From NCBI GenBank assembly GCA_963765675.1, contig CAVXXK010000001.1, positions 768,001-832,000 of the forward strand: DNA of 64,000 nt. The letters are read 5' to 3'. Below the pieces are notes generated by a model. The model was not told the origin of the DNA. It saw only the letters and a program-made list of their open reading frames with translations, and did no database searches. The position numbers and the translations under genes are program-made. This document shows positions 10,491 to 21,729 of the stretch, in pieces; positions within the stretch are counted from its first letter, which is position 1; the number at the start of each line of letters is the position of its first letter. This DNA is from an uncultured delta proteobacterium (lineage in GTDB: Bacteria > Desulfobacterota > Binatia > Binatales > Binataceae).

Positions 10491-10671
10491 CCGAGGCCTA
10501 TCTCCCGCGACTCAACGAATCAAACCTGGGGTACTGGACGTGGCTTCGTTTCTCTACGCGGACAGTATTTTCGATCAACTCCCACTGCGAAATAAGAGTG
10601 TCGCCGAGGTTGATTATTCAGCGCATGCTCCTCATCGTTCAGTCGATCACGTCAATCCGTGGCGCACGAAT

Positions 10672-10704
10672 CAAAGCGGGAGCGGATTCGCCGCTCCCGC
10701 TTTG
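10672..10704. terminator. Probable bidirectional intrinsic terminator
   Basis: CAAAGCGGGAGCGG-ATTCG-CCGCTCCCGCTTTG perfect 14-bp stem just past the stop of the minus-strand deacylase. Confidence 0.75.
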
Positions 10705-10726
10705 GATTCAGAATGGCCGTCCAATA

Positions 10727-12454
10727 TCAGGCGTGTCCGTGACGTAGCAGTTTGCCAGAGGTCGCTCCGGTACACTTGTCGTTGGCGAAGGTCTCGACGC
10801 CGTTGACGATAATCGAACGATAGCCCTTCGCATGCTGCACACGGCGCCATTCGCCGCCGGGCAGATCCTGGGCCACTTCACCAATCCAATCCGGCGCGAT
10901 GTCCAAGCCGTTCAGATCGTAGACCACGACATCGGCCCACGCGCCTTCGCGCAGCGTTCCTCGATCGCGGAAACCGGCCGCGTGTGCAGGCAGGGCGGAA
11001 AGGCGGTAGTGCGCCTCTTCGAGCGTCACCCGCTGCTCGTCCCGAACCATCCAGCGGAGAAAGTCGGTAGTGAAGGAGCCACCGGTAAAGAACTTCGTAT
11101 GCGCACCGCCGTCGGAAACGCCCGGGAAGGTGTACATCGATCCATTGATGATCTCAGCGTTGAACTCCGCGTTGAACTGCGGCTCGGCTTGGAGGAATTC
11201 AGCCTTTAAATCGGTTGCAAGCGACAGATCGATCATCACGTCAACCGGATGCCGCCCTTCTTCCTGGCCGATTTGCCCGAGCGATTTGCCGACGTACTTT
11301 TCGAGCTCAGGCTTGTTCTCGACCCATGAGACGATTAGCTTCACCAGCCGCCCGCCGATTCCTGGGGCGTTCTTGTCCAGCGCCGCCATCGAGCGTTCGC
11401 TCTTAACTGCCTCTCGGATCGCCGGATCCTTCATCTTCGCGATCTTCTCTTCCCTGGAACCGGTCGTCATGTCACGCCACGGAGGCGCCATGTCGTAGAG
11501 ATTCCAATGCTCGAGCGTAAACGCAAAGCCGCTGCGAACGGTGCCGCCCTGGCCGAAGATCGGCAGACCCTTGGCGCGCGCATTATGCAGCCAGTTAAGA
11601 CTCTTGCGATGGATCTCGGGGTTGCGGGTGCTTGCCGTGATCGCCTGGAACAAGATAGGACGTTGCGCCTCGCCGGCGAGTTTCTCGACAAACGCCAGAT
11701 CTTCCTTGATATGCCCGGTAGCCTGCGTGATCTCGATGAAACCCTCGTCGCGCGCGCGCAAAACGCCTGCGAGATTCAGGATGTCCTCGTCGCACATCGT
11801 GTCGGTCACCATCGGCGAGCCGTCGAAGTCGGCTTGCGCGGAATGCTTGCCGAGGCGCTGTATCGAGAAGCCGCAGAGGCCGGCATCCATGCCTTCATTG
11901 AGGAGCCGTCTCATCTCGGCCCGTTCAGCATCGGTTGCCGGGCGGGTTTTCGCGGCGTCCAGCCCCATGACGTAGGTCATTAACGATGCGGTCGGCATGT
12001 ACTGAATGCAATTGACGCCCTTTGGCGCGCGATCGAGCGAATCGAGGTACTGGGGAATGGTTTCCCAATCCCAGCTCATGCCTGCTTTCATCGATTCGTA
12101 AGGAATCGCCTCGGTGCGCGTCATTGTGAGCATCGAACGATCGCGGAAGTCGGGCTTAACCGGAGCGAAGCCAAAACCGCAGTTGCCGAGCACCACTGAG
12201 GTCACGCCGTGCCAACCGGAAATAGTGCACCAGGGATCCCACCTGATCTGCGCGTCATAGTGGGTGTGCAGGTCGACGAATCCGGGAGCGACGATCAGAC
12301 CATCAGCGTCGATGACTTTCTTCGCAAAGCCGGGGGCGCGGCCGCCGATCTGGGCGATTCTGCCATCCTTGATCCAGATATCGCCGCGAAAACCTGGCAC
12401 GCGTGTTCCATCAACTATGGTGCCGCCTTTGATGTGTAGATCGAATTCCGCCAT
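10727..12454 (-). CDS. N-acyl-D-amino-acid deacylase family amidohydrolase
   Basis: PGFVDLHTHYDAQ, GNCGFGFAP, SDGGAH, DRGTLREG; GAGGAGG upstream of ATG 12454. Confidence 0.9.
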   Translation of the reverse strand: MAEFDLHIKGGTIVDGTRVPGFRGDIWIKDGRIAQIGGRAPGFAKKVIDADGLIVAPGFVDLHTHYDAQIRWDPWCTISGWHGVTSVVLGNCGFGFAPVKPDFRDRSMLTMTRTEAIPYESMKAGMSWDWETIPQYLDSLDRAPKGVNCIQYMPTASLMTYVMGLDAAKTRPATDAERAEMRRLLNEGMDAGLCGFSIQRLGKHSAQADFDGSPMVTDTMCDEDILNLAGVLRARDEGFIEITQATGHIKEDLAFVEKLAGEAQRPILFQAITASTRNPEIHRKSLNWLHNARAKGLPIFGQGGTVRSGFAFTLEHWNLYDMAPPWRDMTTGSREEKIAKMKDPAIREAVKSERSMAALDKNAPGIGGRLVKLIVSWVENKPELEKYVGKSLGQIGQEEGRHPVDVMIDLSLATDLKAEFLQAEPQFNAEFNAEIINGSMYTFPGVSDGGAHTKFFTGGSFTTDFLRWMVRDEQRVTLEEAHYRLSALPAHAAGFRDRGTLREGAWADVVVYDLNGLDIAPDWIGEVAQDLPGGEWRRVQHAKGYRSIIVNGVETFANDKCTGATSGKLLRHGHA

Positions 12455-13178
12455 TGTTCCCTCCTCGTGTGGTAAGGACAATTCGAACTTTTGTGCGGTC
12501 TCGCGCGGAAGCGCGCTTATCCCAAGCAAGACAGATCCTTATGCAAGTGGCGGCGAAAATTCAAACTCAAACTCGCCGACCAATTTCCTCACGTGCTGCG
12601 CGCGTGGACTCGCGAAGCGGGGTTGCACCCAGGTTATCGACGGGCTGCAACGCGCTGGTTTTCGCGGCGGCTGCCTATCCCGAATGACGTGGGATCCAGC
12701 TTTTGCTTTCAAGTTTCTGCGTTCAATCATTTTTTGATGACGAAGGTCCACTCTCGTCGTAAAATCGGGATAGAAGCATTTAGACTAAGAGGCTCGCCCC
12801 CCGGTGTCTCGCCGCATTAACGGGCTATTCGGATACCAAGATGAAGATAGTCACTCCCCTGAAAATGTCGTTGTTTGGAATAGTTGAGTTGCTGGCCCGC
12901 CATAACGGTAGGAAGGAGTTTATTCCGACACATCAGAGATATTGTATCTGTGGCTGCCCCAAGGAAGAGGTTAGAAACCGCGAACGCGATCCTTACCTAA
13001 AGAAGCAGATGGCGAACTTCCCGGGAAACTTCGCTGCGCCAGGGACCCTTGGATCGATACGGCCAAAGCGCTGAGAAATCCAACATACCGATCGGTTTGT
13101 GTTTTACCGCTGGATAGATCGATACTCGGGGTGAATATCGTTTAGGCGCGCGTCAATCTTCTAAAGAGAGGTGTCGTC

Positions 13179-14885
13179 ATGGCGGATTTCGACTTGGTCG
13201 TAAAAAACGGCATGGTGGTCGACGGTACCCGTGCACCACGTTTTCGCAGCGATATCGGAATCAAAAACGGCAGGATCTCTAAAATTGGCCGTATCTCTGC
13301 GCACCAGGGGGTGAGGGTAGTCGATGCCGACGGACAGATTGTTGCCCCGGGTTTCATCGATCTGCACACCCACTATGACGCGCAGATCTTCTGGGATCCC
13401 TACCTCACGATCTCCGGCTATCACGGCATCACTTCGGTCGTGATCGGCAACTGCGGATTTGGCTTCGCTCCGGTGCGCCCCAAGGAAGCCGAACGCGCGA
13501 TGCTCACGATGGTCCGCACCGAGGCGATTCCGCTGCGCGCGATGCAGGCCGCGATGCCGTTCGACTGGGAAACCTATCCTCAATTCATGGACAAGCTCGA
13601 CCGTCTGCCCAAGGGCGTGAACCTGCTGCCTTACGTTCCGATGAATCCGGTGCTGGGCTACGTCATGGGAATCGAGGAGTCCAAGACGGGCCGCATGCCG
13701 TCGGACGACGAGCACGCCACGATGCGCCGCATTCTGCACGAAGCAATGGATGCGGGCGCGTGCGGATGGTCGGCGCAACGGCTTCTTCCGGGCGGACCGA
13801 GCGCGGTTCAGCGCGACTTCGACGGCTCTCCGATGAATACCGACGTGATGCATGACGAGACCTGCCTCGAAATGGCGCGAGTACTCGGCGAGCGTGGCGA
13901 AGGCTTTCAGGAACTGACGCTGGCGAGTTGGGATCCGAGGAAGGACGCGGAGCACTTCGAGAAGATCGCCGAGGTCAGCGGGCGTCCGATAATGTACGAA
14001 GCACTGGTGACGAACGATCGCTTCCCGCATCGCCATCGCAATACGATGAGGTGGCTCGAACGATGCCGTCAGAAGGGTCTGCCGGTCTATGGCCAGGGAA
14101 CAACCACCGATGCCGGTCTCACGTTCACGTTCGAGGACTGGAACTTGTTCGACGACTCCGACGCCTGGCGCGAGGCAACCACCGGCACCGTGGCCGAGCG
14201 CACCGAGAAACTCGCTGATCCTCGCCGCCGCGATGCGCTCAAGGCACAGATGCCGCGCGAGAGCCTGATCACCAACTATTTCGACGAGATAATCATCACG
14301 GAATGCCAATCCCCCGAGAACAAGAAGTTCGAGGGCATGACCCTGCGCCTCGCGGCGAAAGAGACGGGCAAGGACGCCGTCGACACCATGCTGGACATCG
14401 CAGTGTCGGAAAATCTCAAGACCGAGTTCTTCGCACCGGCGGTGAACTCGTCCGATCTGATGAAGGAACTGCTCGACTATCCATACATAACATTCGGCGT
14501 TTCCGACGGCGGCGCGCACACGAAGTTTCTCACCGCTGGCCGCTATCCCACCGAAGGACTCATCCGCTTTGTACGCGAGAAGCAGTGGTTGAGCCTCGAA
14601 GACATCCACTGGCGGATGTCGGGGCTTCCGGCCTTCTGCGCGGGATTCAAGGATCGCGGCTTTCTGCGCGAAGGCGCACCGGCCGATATCGTGATTTACA
14701 ACCTCGAGCGATTGAAGGTCCTACCGGTCGAGATTGCGCACGACTTGCCGGGCGACGAATGGCGCCGTGTGCAACGTGCCGAGGGCTATAGCCATGTGAT
14801 CGTGAACGGTCAGATTACGTGGGAGGGCGACCGCTTCACCGGCGCAACTCCGGGTAAGGTCCTGCGCCACGGAGTCTCGGCTTAA
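13179..14885 (+). CDS. N-acyl-D-amino-acid deacylase family amidohydrolase (divergent paralogue)
   Basis: PGFIDLHTHYDAQ, GNCGFGFAP, SDGGAH, DRGFLREG; GAGG RBS. Confidence 0.9.
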   Translation: MADFDLVVKNGMVVDGTRAPRFRSDIGIKNGRISKIGRISAHQGVRVVDADGQIVAPGFIDLHTHYDAQIFWDPYLTISGYHGITSVVIGNCGFGFAPVRPKEAERAMLTMVRTEAIPLRAMQAAMPFDWETYPQFMDKLDRLPKGVNLLPYVPMNPVLGYVMGIEESKTGRMPSDDEHATMRRILHEAMDAGACGWSAQRLLPGGPSAVQRDFDGSPMNTDVMHDETCLEMARVLGERGEGFQELTLASWDPRKDAEHFEKIAEVSGRPIMYEALVTNDRFPHRHRNTMRWLERCRQKGLPVYGQGTTTDAGLTFTFEDWNLFDDSDAWREATTGTVAERTEKLADPRRRDALKAQMPRESLITNYFDEIIITECQSPENKKFEGMTLRLAAKETGKDAVDTMLDIAVSENLKTEFFAPAVNSSDLMKELLDYPYITFGVSDGGAHTKFLTAGRYPTEGLIRFVREKQWLSLEDIHWRMSGLPAFCAGFKDRGFLREGAPADIVIYNLERLKVLPVEIAHDLPGDEWRRVQRAEGYSHVIVNGQITWEGDRFTGATPGKVLRHGVSA

Positions 14886-14913
14886 CGAAAGCGATCGCGC
14901 AGAGTTTTAAGCG

Positions 14914-14940
14914 AGCCGCCGCCGTCTTACGGCGGCGGCT
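14914..14940. terminator. GC-rich hairpin between convergent genes
   Basis: AGCCGCCGCCG-TCTTA-CGGCGGCGGCT perfect 11-bp stem; no U tract. Confidence 0.55.
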
Positions 14941-14956
14941 GGATCTCAGAGGCACT

Positions 14957-16646
14957 TCAGTCAGGGATTTTCTCTCCGATGCTTACGGCTTCAAGAGCCC
15001 GACCGTGAACATGGGTAGAACCTGACGAGAGATTGATTCCTTCGTAGCCCTTTTCCGCAACTTCGTTGATCTTGCTCACGTATTTCGGGGATCCGCCGTT
15101 GTAAACGAGGTACCGGATCTTGCCGTGCTCGTGGCCCGGGATGTTCGAGTTGTACCCGGTGAACCAGGACTTGGCCTTTCGCATGAGCATCGCCGAGTAC
15201 ATCTTTTTCACGTGGGCGGTCCAGTATTCCTGGGCTTCGAGGGTCGGATCAGCCCGAACGTAGCCATGCTCCCACATATACTCGAGCAATTTCGTACACC
15301 AGTTGACACCGGTTTCGATGCCGCGCGGATAGTTCGTCGAGGCCGAGCCGCTCTGCGGCCCGGACGGCATCAGGAAATTCGGGAACCCATGGACGAGCAT
15401 TCCCAGGAATGTCGACGGACCGTCGCTCCATCGCTCGCGTAATTTCGCGCCACCGACACCCTGAATGTCGATTCGGTCGAACGCGCCGGTGATCGCATCG
15501 AAGCCTGTGGCATACACGATTATGTCAAAGTCGTATTCGCGCTCGGTGGTGCGTATCCCCTTTTCGGTCACCTCGACGATCGGCGTCTCGCTGATGTCCA
15601 CCAGGTGCACGTTGTCGCGGTTGTAGGCTTCGAAATAATGCGTCTCCATCGGCACCCGCTGCACGCCGAAGCCATGATCACGGGGAATCAGCTTCTCGGC
15701 GACGGCCGGATCCTTCACCCGCCGGCGAATCCGGTCGGCGACGTACTCGGAGAACTCGGCGTTCGCTTTCTCATCCGTAAATATCTCGCGGAAGTTGCGC
15801 AGCCAGATCGCAAACCCGGGCATATCATAGAGCCGATCCCACAGCGCCACGCGCTCCTCACGCAGCGATGTCGTAGAAGCCGCGCCGGTCAGGCTCATGT
15901 TCGAAGCCGCCGGGCGTACGAGAGCAGGTCTTGAAGATCTCGTCATAACGCGATCGGATGTCGGCCATCTCCGCTTCGGAGATCGGCCCGTTGTTCAGAG
16001 GAGCGGACCAGTTGGGCCGGCGCTGGAAAACGGTCAGCTCGCCGACCTTGTCCGCGATCTCCCCGATAACCTGGATACCCGTGGCGCCGGTACCGATCAC
16101 GGCGACCTTCTTGCCGGCCATCGCGACCGGTTCGTGCGGCCAATGGAAAGTATGGAACGAGCGCCCCTTGAATTTCTCCATACCCTTGAACAGCGGAGGG
16201 GTGGGTATTGAAAGGAGGCCGACCGCCAAAATGATGAAGCGGCTTGTCAGCTCGCGACCGTCCTCGATCCTGAGCCGCCACAGGTCATTGGTCTCGTCGA
16301 AGTGCGCCGCCTCGACCTTGCAATTGAACTGCATGTATTTGCGCAGGTCGAACTTGTCCGCGACGTAGTTCAGATAGCGCAGGTTCTCAGGCTGACCTGA
16401 GAATCGTTCTTTCCAGTGCCATTCATTCAGCAGTTCCTTGGAAAATGAGTAACCGTAGGTGTAGCTTTCCGAGTCGAACCGGGCTCCCGGATAGCGGTTC
16501 CAGTACCAGGTCCCGCCAAGGTCGGGCGCGGCGTCGAGCACGGTGGCGTCCACTCCGAGATCGGCCAAAAGTTTGATCTGATAAATTCCGGCCACTCCAG
16601 CGCCGATGACAATAACCTCGTAGTGCGACTTTGTCCTGTCGATCAT
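14957..16646 (-). CDS. Type I Baeyer-Villiger monooxygenase (cyclohexanone/steroid monooxygenase-like), frameshifted near 15865
   Basis: GAGVAG, GGTWYWNRYPGARFD, fingerprint FKGRSFHTFHWP, GTGATG in 15858-16646; continues REERVALWDRLY...ATGFDA in 14957-15946. Confidence 0.88.
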
Positions 16647-16872
16647 AATCTGCTCCCATTATATTCGTCGGATAGCGCGCCCAACGGTCTCCAGCTCTTT
16701 CCACCATCGACGAACTTCGAAATCAGCGACATCGCGATTCGGTCGCCGTGGCATTAGTCTCGCAGGATTGTGGAAAAAGTCAAATCCTGATTAGAATTAG
16801 GCAATGCGCAAGACGCGTCGACTTTCGGCGCAAACGGAAACCGGCCGCTAGCTGATTTGGGAGACGACGACG

Positions 16873-17604
16873 ATGGGTACTCTTGATGGAAAGGTCGCGA
16901 TCGTTACCGGTGCCGCGCGCGGCCAGGGAGCGGCGGAGGCTCGGCTCTTCGTTGCAGAAGGCGCCAAGGTCATGTTGACCGACGTCTTACCGGAAGGCGG
17001 AGCCGTCGCCGAAGCGTTGGGCGACCTGGCGGCTTTTTCACGCCACGATGTAAGCAGCGGGGCGGACTGGGAACGGGTAGTCCGAGCCACCATACAGCGG
17101 TTCGGGCGCATGGATATTCTGGTGAACAACGCCGCCATCTACAAAATGCGATCGCTGCTCGACACTACCGACGACGAGTTCGACCAGATCACCCGGATCA
17201 ACCAGCGCGGCCCATTTTTGGGCATGCGGACGGCTGCGCCCGCGATGCGCGCATCGGGCGGCGGTTCGATCATCAATATCTCGTCGGGCGCGGGACTGAG
17301 AGGCGTGCGCAATATGCTCGCCTATGCCGCGACCAAATGGGCGCTGCGCGGAATGACCAAGTGTGCGGCGCTGGAACTTGCGGCCGATCGCATTCGCGTT
17401 AACTCGATACATCCGGGTGTAATCGAGACACCGATGCTGGATCACAATCCGGCGGCGTTTAACCAGGCGTTGGTGCGCGCAACTCCGATCGGGCGCATCG
17501 GCCAGCCCGACGATATCGCACGGATGGTGCTCTATCTTGCCTCCGATGCCGCCAGCTTCATTACCGGCGCCGAATTCGCGGTCGACGGCGGCGGAACGAT
17601 CTAG
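16873..17604 (+). CDS. SDR oxidoreductase (3-alpha,20-beta-HSD-like)
   Basis: TGAARGQG, NNAA, YAATK, NSIHPG. Confidence 0.92.
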   Translation: MGTLDGKVAIVTGAARGQGAAEARLFVAEGAKVMLTDVLPEGGAVAEALGDLAAFSRHDVSSGADWERVVRATIQRFGRMDILVNNAAIYKMRSLLDTTDDEFDQITRINQRGPFLGMRTAAPAMRASGGGSIINISSGAGLRGVRNMLAYAATKWALRGMTKCAALELAADRIRVNSIHPGVIETPMLDHNPAAFNQALVRATPIGRIGQPDDIARMVLYLASDAASFITGAEFAVDGGGTI

Positions 17605-18010
17605 AGATCGAAAATACCGCAGCGCATGCGGCAGCAGGCTCACAATCCGCGCATCGTCCGAAGTGAAAGAGATATACGAGAAGACCGGTCTTACCGGCAC
17701 GATGATCTTTATCGTCATCCGCTCGACGCTGATCAATTAGAGAGGCGAAGTAGTCGCACGCGTTGACCAGCGGATGATGAACCGCCGGCCGTAGGCAGGC
17801 GCTGTTCCGCTTTGTGCAGGGCTCTGAGGCGGATCACTGTCAGGAAAAGCGATGCTTTTAGGTGCTTCGCCCCAAGCCCAAAAACTCTGTCGAGAGCTGA
17901 TTTCGGAAGTCATGCCAAAGAGCGAACCGTATTCTACGACCGTCCTTATTCGTGGCTTATAGCTCCTGATTAACCGCTTCATGGGACGCCGGATGACATT
18001 TAGCGCGGCC

Positions 18011-18763
18011 TTAGTGTAAGCCGCCGGAAGCGCTGATTCGTTCGCCCGTCAGCCATGCGGCATCGTCTGAGGCGAGAAAAACAATGACTGGCGCGATTTC
18101 CTCCGGCTTGCCAAATCTCGCGGCCAGCGGGGTAGCCGCTGCGCCCGCTTCTCCCGCCGCACTGCCGACAAAGCCGCTGCTGCGATTGCCTTCTGTATCA
18201 ACGAGCCCTGGGGCGACGGTATTAACGCGGATGTTCCGGGGTCCGAGCTCTTTCGCCAGCGCCTTTGTAATCGTATCAATGGCGCCCTTGGTTGCTGAGT
18301 AGAGACACGAACTCGGAACCGGATTCTCGCTGGCGATGGAGCTGACATTGATGATGCTGCCGCCGCTGGACGGGAAATATCTCAGCGCTTCCTGCGTTGC
18401 GAGAATCGTCCCGAGCACATTGATGTCGAATTCGCGGTGGAACTCTCTTTCCGTGATCGCTTCGAGGGGTTCGAATTGAAAAACGCCGGCATTGTTCACC
18501 AGCACATTCACCGACCCGAAGACTTCCTTTGTCTTCTCGAACATGCGCTTTACGTCGGACGCTTTAGAAACGTCAGCCTGAATCGCGATGGCTTTACCGC
18601 CTTCGTGTGTTATCTGCGACACCAGACGCTCGGCGCCTTCTTTTCCTGAGGAGTAGATGACCGCAACTGCAGCTCCTTCAGCCGCGAGCGCCTTGGCCAC
18701 AGCAGCTCCAATTCCTTTGGATGCTCCGGTTACGATTGCCACCCTGCCAGCTAATTTTTTCAT
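18011..18763 (-). CDS. SDR oxidoreductase (FabG/glucose dehydrogenase-like)
   Basis: TGASKGIG, NNAG, YSATK. Confidence 0.92.
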   Translation of the reverse strand: MKKLAGRVAIVTGASKGIGAAVAKALAAEGAAVAVIYSSGKEGAERLVSQITHEGGKAIAIQADVSKASDVKRMFEKTKEVFGSVNVLVNNAGVFQFEPLEAITEREFHREFDINVLGTILATQEALRYFPSSGGSIINVSSIASENPVPSSCLYSATKGAIDTITKALAKELGPRNIRVNTVAPGLVDTEGNRSSGFVGSAAGEAGAAATPLAARFGKPEEIAPVIVFLASDDAAWLTGERISASGGLH

Positions 18764-18789
18764 ATCAATGTCCCTCTCGTTGCGACAGG

Positions 18790-19566
18790 CTAGCCTTTAG
18801 CTCGCCTTGATTTGATCAGATCGGCCGACGACGCCCCTTCGAGCGACAATCCATAGCCAACTTCGCGCACGATCCGCTCCTTCAACGGTTGAATAAAATG
18901 GATACGGGTGGCGCGGCGCGTCACTTCAGGGGCCTTCAAATATAGCTCCGCCAATGCCCGCGCCCGGCTGAGTGCAGTACCATTTGGTACAACTTCGGCA
19001 ACTACTCCCCACTCGTTTGCGGTACGCGCAGGCAGCGGCTGTGGGTTCAGCAGGAACGCCTCCGCTCGTCCTGCTCCAGCACGGTAACTCCAGGTGGTAA
19101 AGATGCCGTCACCTGGAGCAACGCCCGCGGCGAAGTGGGCTACATCCTCGAAGGTCGCACTCTCCGCGGCCACAATCACACTGGCAAGTAATGCGTAGTC
19201 TGAATGCACATGCGCGCGTCCCTCGATAGCCGCGATGACCGGCACGCGTATGTTGGCTATGTTTTCCAAAACCTGAAGACCTTCGTCGTGAACCTGGCTC
19301 CAGACGCCGGGATCCGTGACGTCACCGAAAGATGACCAATCGACATCACCAATAAACTGGCTGGCTGCGCCCGTCAGGATTACAATTTTGTTCGCTCGAT
19401 CTTGCCCAATCCGGTAGAAGGCATCGACAAATTCTGTGTGAGCTTGCGCGGTCATAATGAACGGTCCACCGTTGCTGTGGAATTGAGCAACCAGTACACC
19501 GTTGACTTCTCGCGTCAGCTTTAGGTTGTGATACCCAGCGAAGTAATCAGCTTGAATGGTTTGCAT
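18790..19566 (-). CDS. Crotonase-family protein, 6-oxocamphor (beta-diketone) hydrolase-like
   Basis: PVIAAIEG, HVHSD, HFAAGVAPGDG (His...Asp pair as in 6-oxocamphor hydrolase), GLSLEG. Confidence 0.75.
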   Translation of the reverse strand: MQTIQADYFAGYHNLKLTREVNGVLVAQFHSNGGPFIMTAQAHTEFVDAFYRIGQDRANKIVILTGAASQFIGDVDWSSFGDVTDPGVWSQVHDEGLQVLENIANIRVPVIAAIEGRAHVHSDYALLASVIVAAESATFEDVAHFAAGVAPGDGIFTTWSYRAGAGRAEAFLLNPQPLPARTANEWGVVAEVVPNGTALSRARALAELYLKAPEVTRRATRIHFIQPLKERIVREVGYGLSLEGASSADLIKSRRAKG

Positions 19567-19643
19567 AGGATTCTCCTCTCTGATTCATCTGCTCGGAGTC
19601 ACTCAATCTAATGAGATAATTCGTGGCTGACCCCCTCGAAGGT

Positions 19644-21032
19644 TCATCGCGCCGAAAGATTAGCCATTAACTGGCTCAACCCTTCGGACATTGTCGGATG
19701 AGTCAGGATTGGATCGCGGAAAACCGAGTAGGGTAGGTGACCAAGCATCGCAGTTTGCATCGCTACCATCAGCTCGCTCGCTTCGAATCCGAATGCGGTG
19801 AAGCCCAGAATCTCGTCGCTGTTTTTGGCGACGAGTACCTTCATAAAGCCGCGCGGCTCGGAAATTGTTTTAGTGCGTAGCACTTCGGCCATCGGCAACG
19901 TTGCCATGCGATATTCGATGCCGTCGCGACGCGCTTCGACTTCGTTCTTACCGACGCGCGCCAACTCCGGATCGGTGAACATGCAGAAGGGAATCAAGCG
20001 ATTGCGGTTGGTGCGATTGCCGCCGCTCAGGTTTGCGTGAACGATGTGGTAGTCGTCGAGACCGACGTGCGTGAATTGAGGACTGCCCGCGCAATCGCCC
20101 ATCGCCCAGACGTTTTCCGCGGTAGTTTCCAGCCGCTCATTAGTCTTGATGTAACCGTGCTCGTCGAGTTGAACGCCGGTCTTATCGAGACCGATTCCGT
20201 CGCTGTTTGCCTTGCGGCCGGTCGCGACGAGAAGATCGGTGCCCTCGATAGCACGATCTCCGCGTGAGTCATTGACGTACACGCGAATGCGATTGCCTGA
20301 ATGTCCTTCGACGCGGCGAGTCGTGGCATCCAGCACGACCTCGATTCCCTCATCGACGAACAAGTCCTTGAGCGCTGCCGCGACATCGGGATCTTCCCGG
20401 TTCGCCAGTTGCGCGGTGTGTTCGATCACCGTCACCTCCGAACCGAATCGACGAAACGCCTGCGATAGTTCGAGGCCGACGTACCCGCCGCCGAGCACGA
20501 TCAAATGCTTGGGCAAGCGATCAAGCTCCAGCGTTTCGACATGCGTCATCGGCGTAGCCTCGGCCAGGCCGGGCACTTGCGGAATTGCTGCGCGCGAACC
20601 GAGATCGAGAAAGACGCGGTCTCCCCGGATGGTTCTCGTACCGCCGTCTCGCAGCTCGATCTCCACCGTGCGGGGAGCGACGAAGCGCGCAATACCATAA
20701 ATCAATTCTGCGCCGCTGGCTTCGGTGAGTTCCTCGTGCGCTTTGCGCAGCTCTCGGACCATCGCGCGCTTGCGCCGCTGCACGGCCGCCATGTCGACGC
20801 TCAACGAATCAGTCTTGAGGCCGAACTCGATGCCGCGCCGGGCCAGGGAGATTACCTTGGCGGACCAGATGATGTTCTTGCTTGGCAGACAAGCGACGTT
20901 AGGACACGCGCCACCGAGCAGCCCGCGCTCGACGATTGCCATTCGACGACGGTCGTCGCGGGTCCATGCGGTAACCTTGCCAGCGATTCCGCTGCCGATG
21001 ATGAGGTCGTCATACTTCTCAACGTTGGCCAT
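19644..21032 (-). CDS. Class I pyridine nucleotide-disulfide oxidoreductase (RclA/YkgC/MerA-like)
   Basis: GSGIAG, GGACPNVACLPSK, GGGYVGLE, GDC, THPTMSE; no C-terminal CC pair. Confidence 0.88.
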   Translation of the reverse strand: MANVEKYDDLIIGSGIAGKVTAWTRDDRRRMAIVERGLLGGACPNVACLPSKNIIWSAKVISLARRGIEFGLKTDSLSVDMAAVQRRKRAMVRELRKAHEELTEASGAELIYGIARFVAPRTVEIELRDGGTRTIRGDRVFLDLGSRAAIPQVPGLAEATPMTHVETLELDRLPKHLIVLGGGYVGLELSQAFRRFGSEVTVIEHTAQLANREDPDVAAALKDLFVDEGIEVVLDATTRRVEGHSGNRIRVYVNDSRGDRAIEGTDLLVATGRKANSDGIGLDKTGVQLDEHGYIKTNERLETTAENVWAMGDCAGSPQFTHVGLDDYHIVHANLSGGNRTNRNRLIPFCMFTDPELARVGKNEVEARRDGIEYRMATLPMAEVLRTKTISEPRGFMKVLVAKNSDEILGFTAFGFEASELMVAMQTAMLGHLPYSVFRDPILTHPTMSEGLSQLMANLSAR

Positions 21033-21612
21033 TTGATTCGCCTCCTTGGCCCGACGTCTGGCGTGACTCTTGATGCGGAAAGTCGATTGGAACCCGCGCG
21101 ACGTGGCTCATGTAGTTCTCGAAAATGTTCAGTGCGACGTTGGCGACCGTCTCGACGATTTCACCGTCGCTCAAACCGCCGGTACGGGCGCGCGCGAGAT
21201 CCGCGTCCGTGAGTTCGCCACGCTGAACGACGATGCTGCGCGCGAGTTTGAGGATGGCATCTGTTCTCGCATCGTCCGCGCTTGCGCGAATCGCATCGTC
21301 GATTTCAGCTTGATTCAGTCCGATTTTTGCGGCGATAGCTGTGTGCCCGCTCAAGCAGTAAGCGCAAAGGTTGCTCTCGGCGATGGCGAGCGCGAGTTGC
21401 TCGCGAGTTTTTTCGTCGAGGGCTCCGCGGCCGAGCGCCGTGCTCAGATCCATGAGTCCTTCAAGCGCCGCCGGCGCATTCGCAAGAACGCGAAATAGAT
21501 TCGGCACCAGCGCGAATTTCGTGCGTATCTCTGCGAAGTGTCGTCTGATCGCGCCGGTTGCCCGATCGGGATCGACTGGCTTGATGCGATTCTGGTCTCG
21601 GTATCCGCTCAT
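21019..21612 (-). CDS. AhpD/CMD-like peroxidase-related protein
   Basis: VPNLFRVLANAP, EQLALAIAESNLCAYCLSGH (CxxC-xxxH); GAGG upstream of ATG 21612. Confidence 0.88.
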   Translation of the reverse strand: MSGYRDQNRIKPVDPDRATGAIRRHFAEIRTKFALVPNLFRVLANAPAALEGLMDLSTALGRGALDEKTREQLALAIAESNLCAYCLSGHTAIAAKIGLNQAEIDDAIRASADDARTDAILKLARSIVVQRGELTDADLARARTGGLSDGEIVETVANVALNIFENYMSHVARVPIDFPHQESRQTSGQGGESNGQR

Positions 21613-21646
21613 CGCCGCCTCTCGGCTGATTGCTCGGGATTCGAAA

Positions 21647-21663
21647 CACAGCTTTCGTGCCAA
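21647..21663 (-). promoter_or_regulatory. Candidate sigma54 (-24/-12) promoter for the AhpD operon
   Basis: Minus strand TTGGCACGAAAGCTGTG: perfect -24 TGGCACG, imperfect -12; 35 bp upstream of the start and opposite a GAFTGA activator. Confidence 0.6.
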
Positions 21664-21729
21664 GCAGCGGTTGCCGAAGAACGTTTGAGGGAACGGAGTT
21701 TTCCGGGTGATCAATGAAGCGCTGGACTA

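Noticed and set aside
12455-13178. Small ORFs or riboswitch in the deacylase spacer
   Set aside because: No recognisable protein or RNA motif; would need an Rfam scan
16749-16764. Sigma54-like TGGCATTAGTCTCGCA upstream of the SDR
   Set aside because: Spacing is right but both boxes are imperfect and it is over 100 bp from the start; too weak to call
19644-21032. Mercuric reductase merA
   Set aside because: No C-terminal Cys-Cys pair, no NmerA domain and no mer genes nearby
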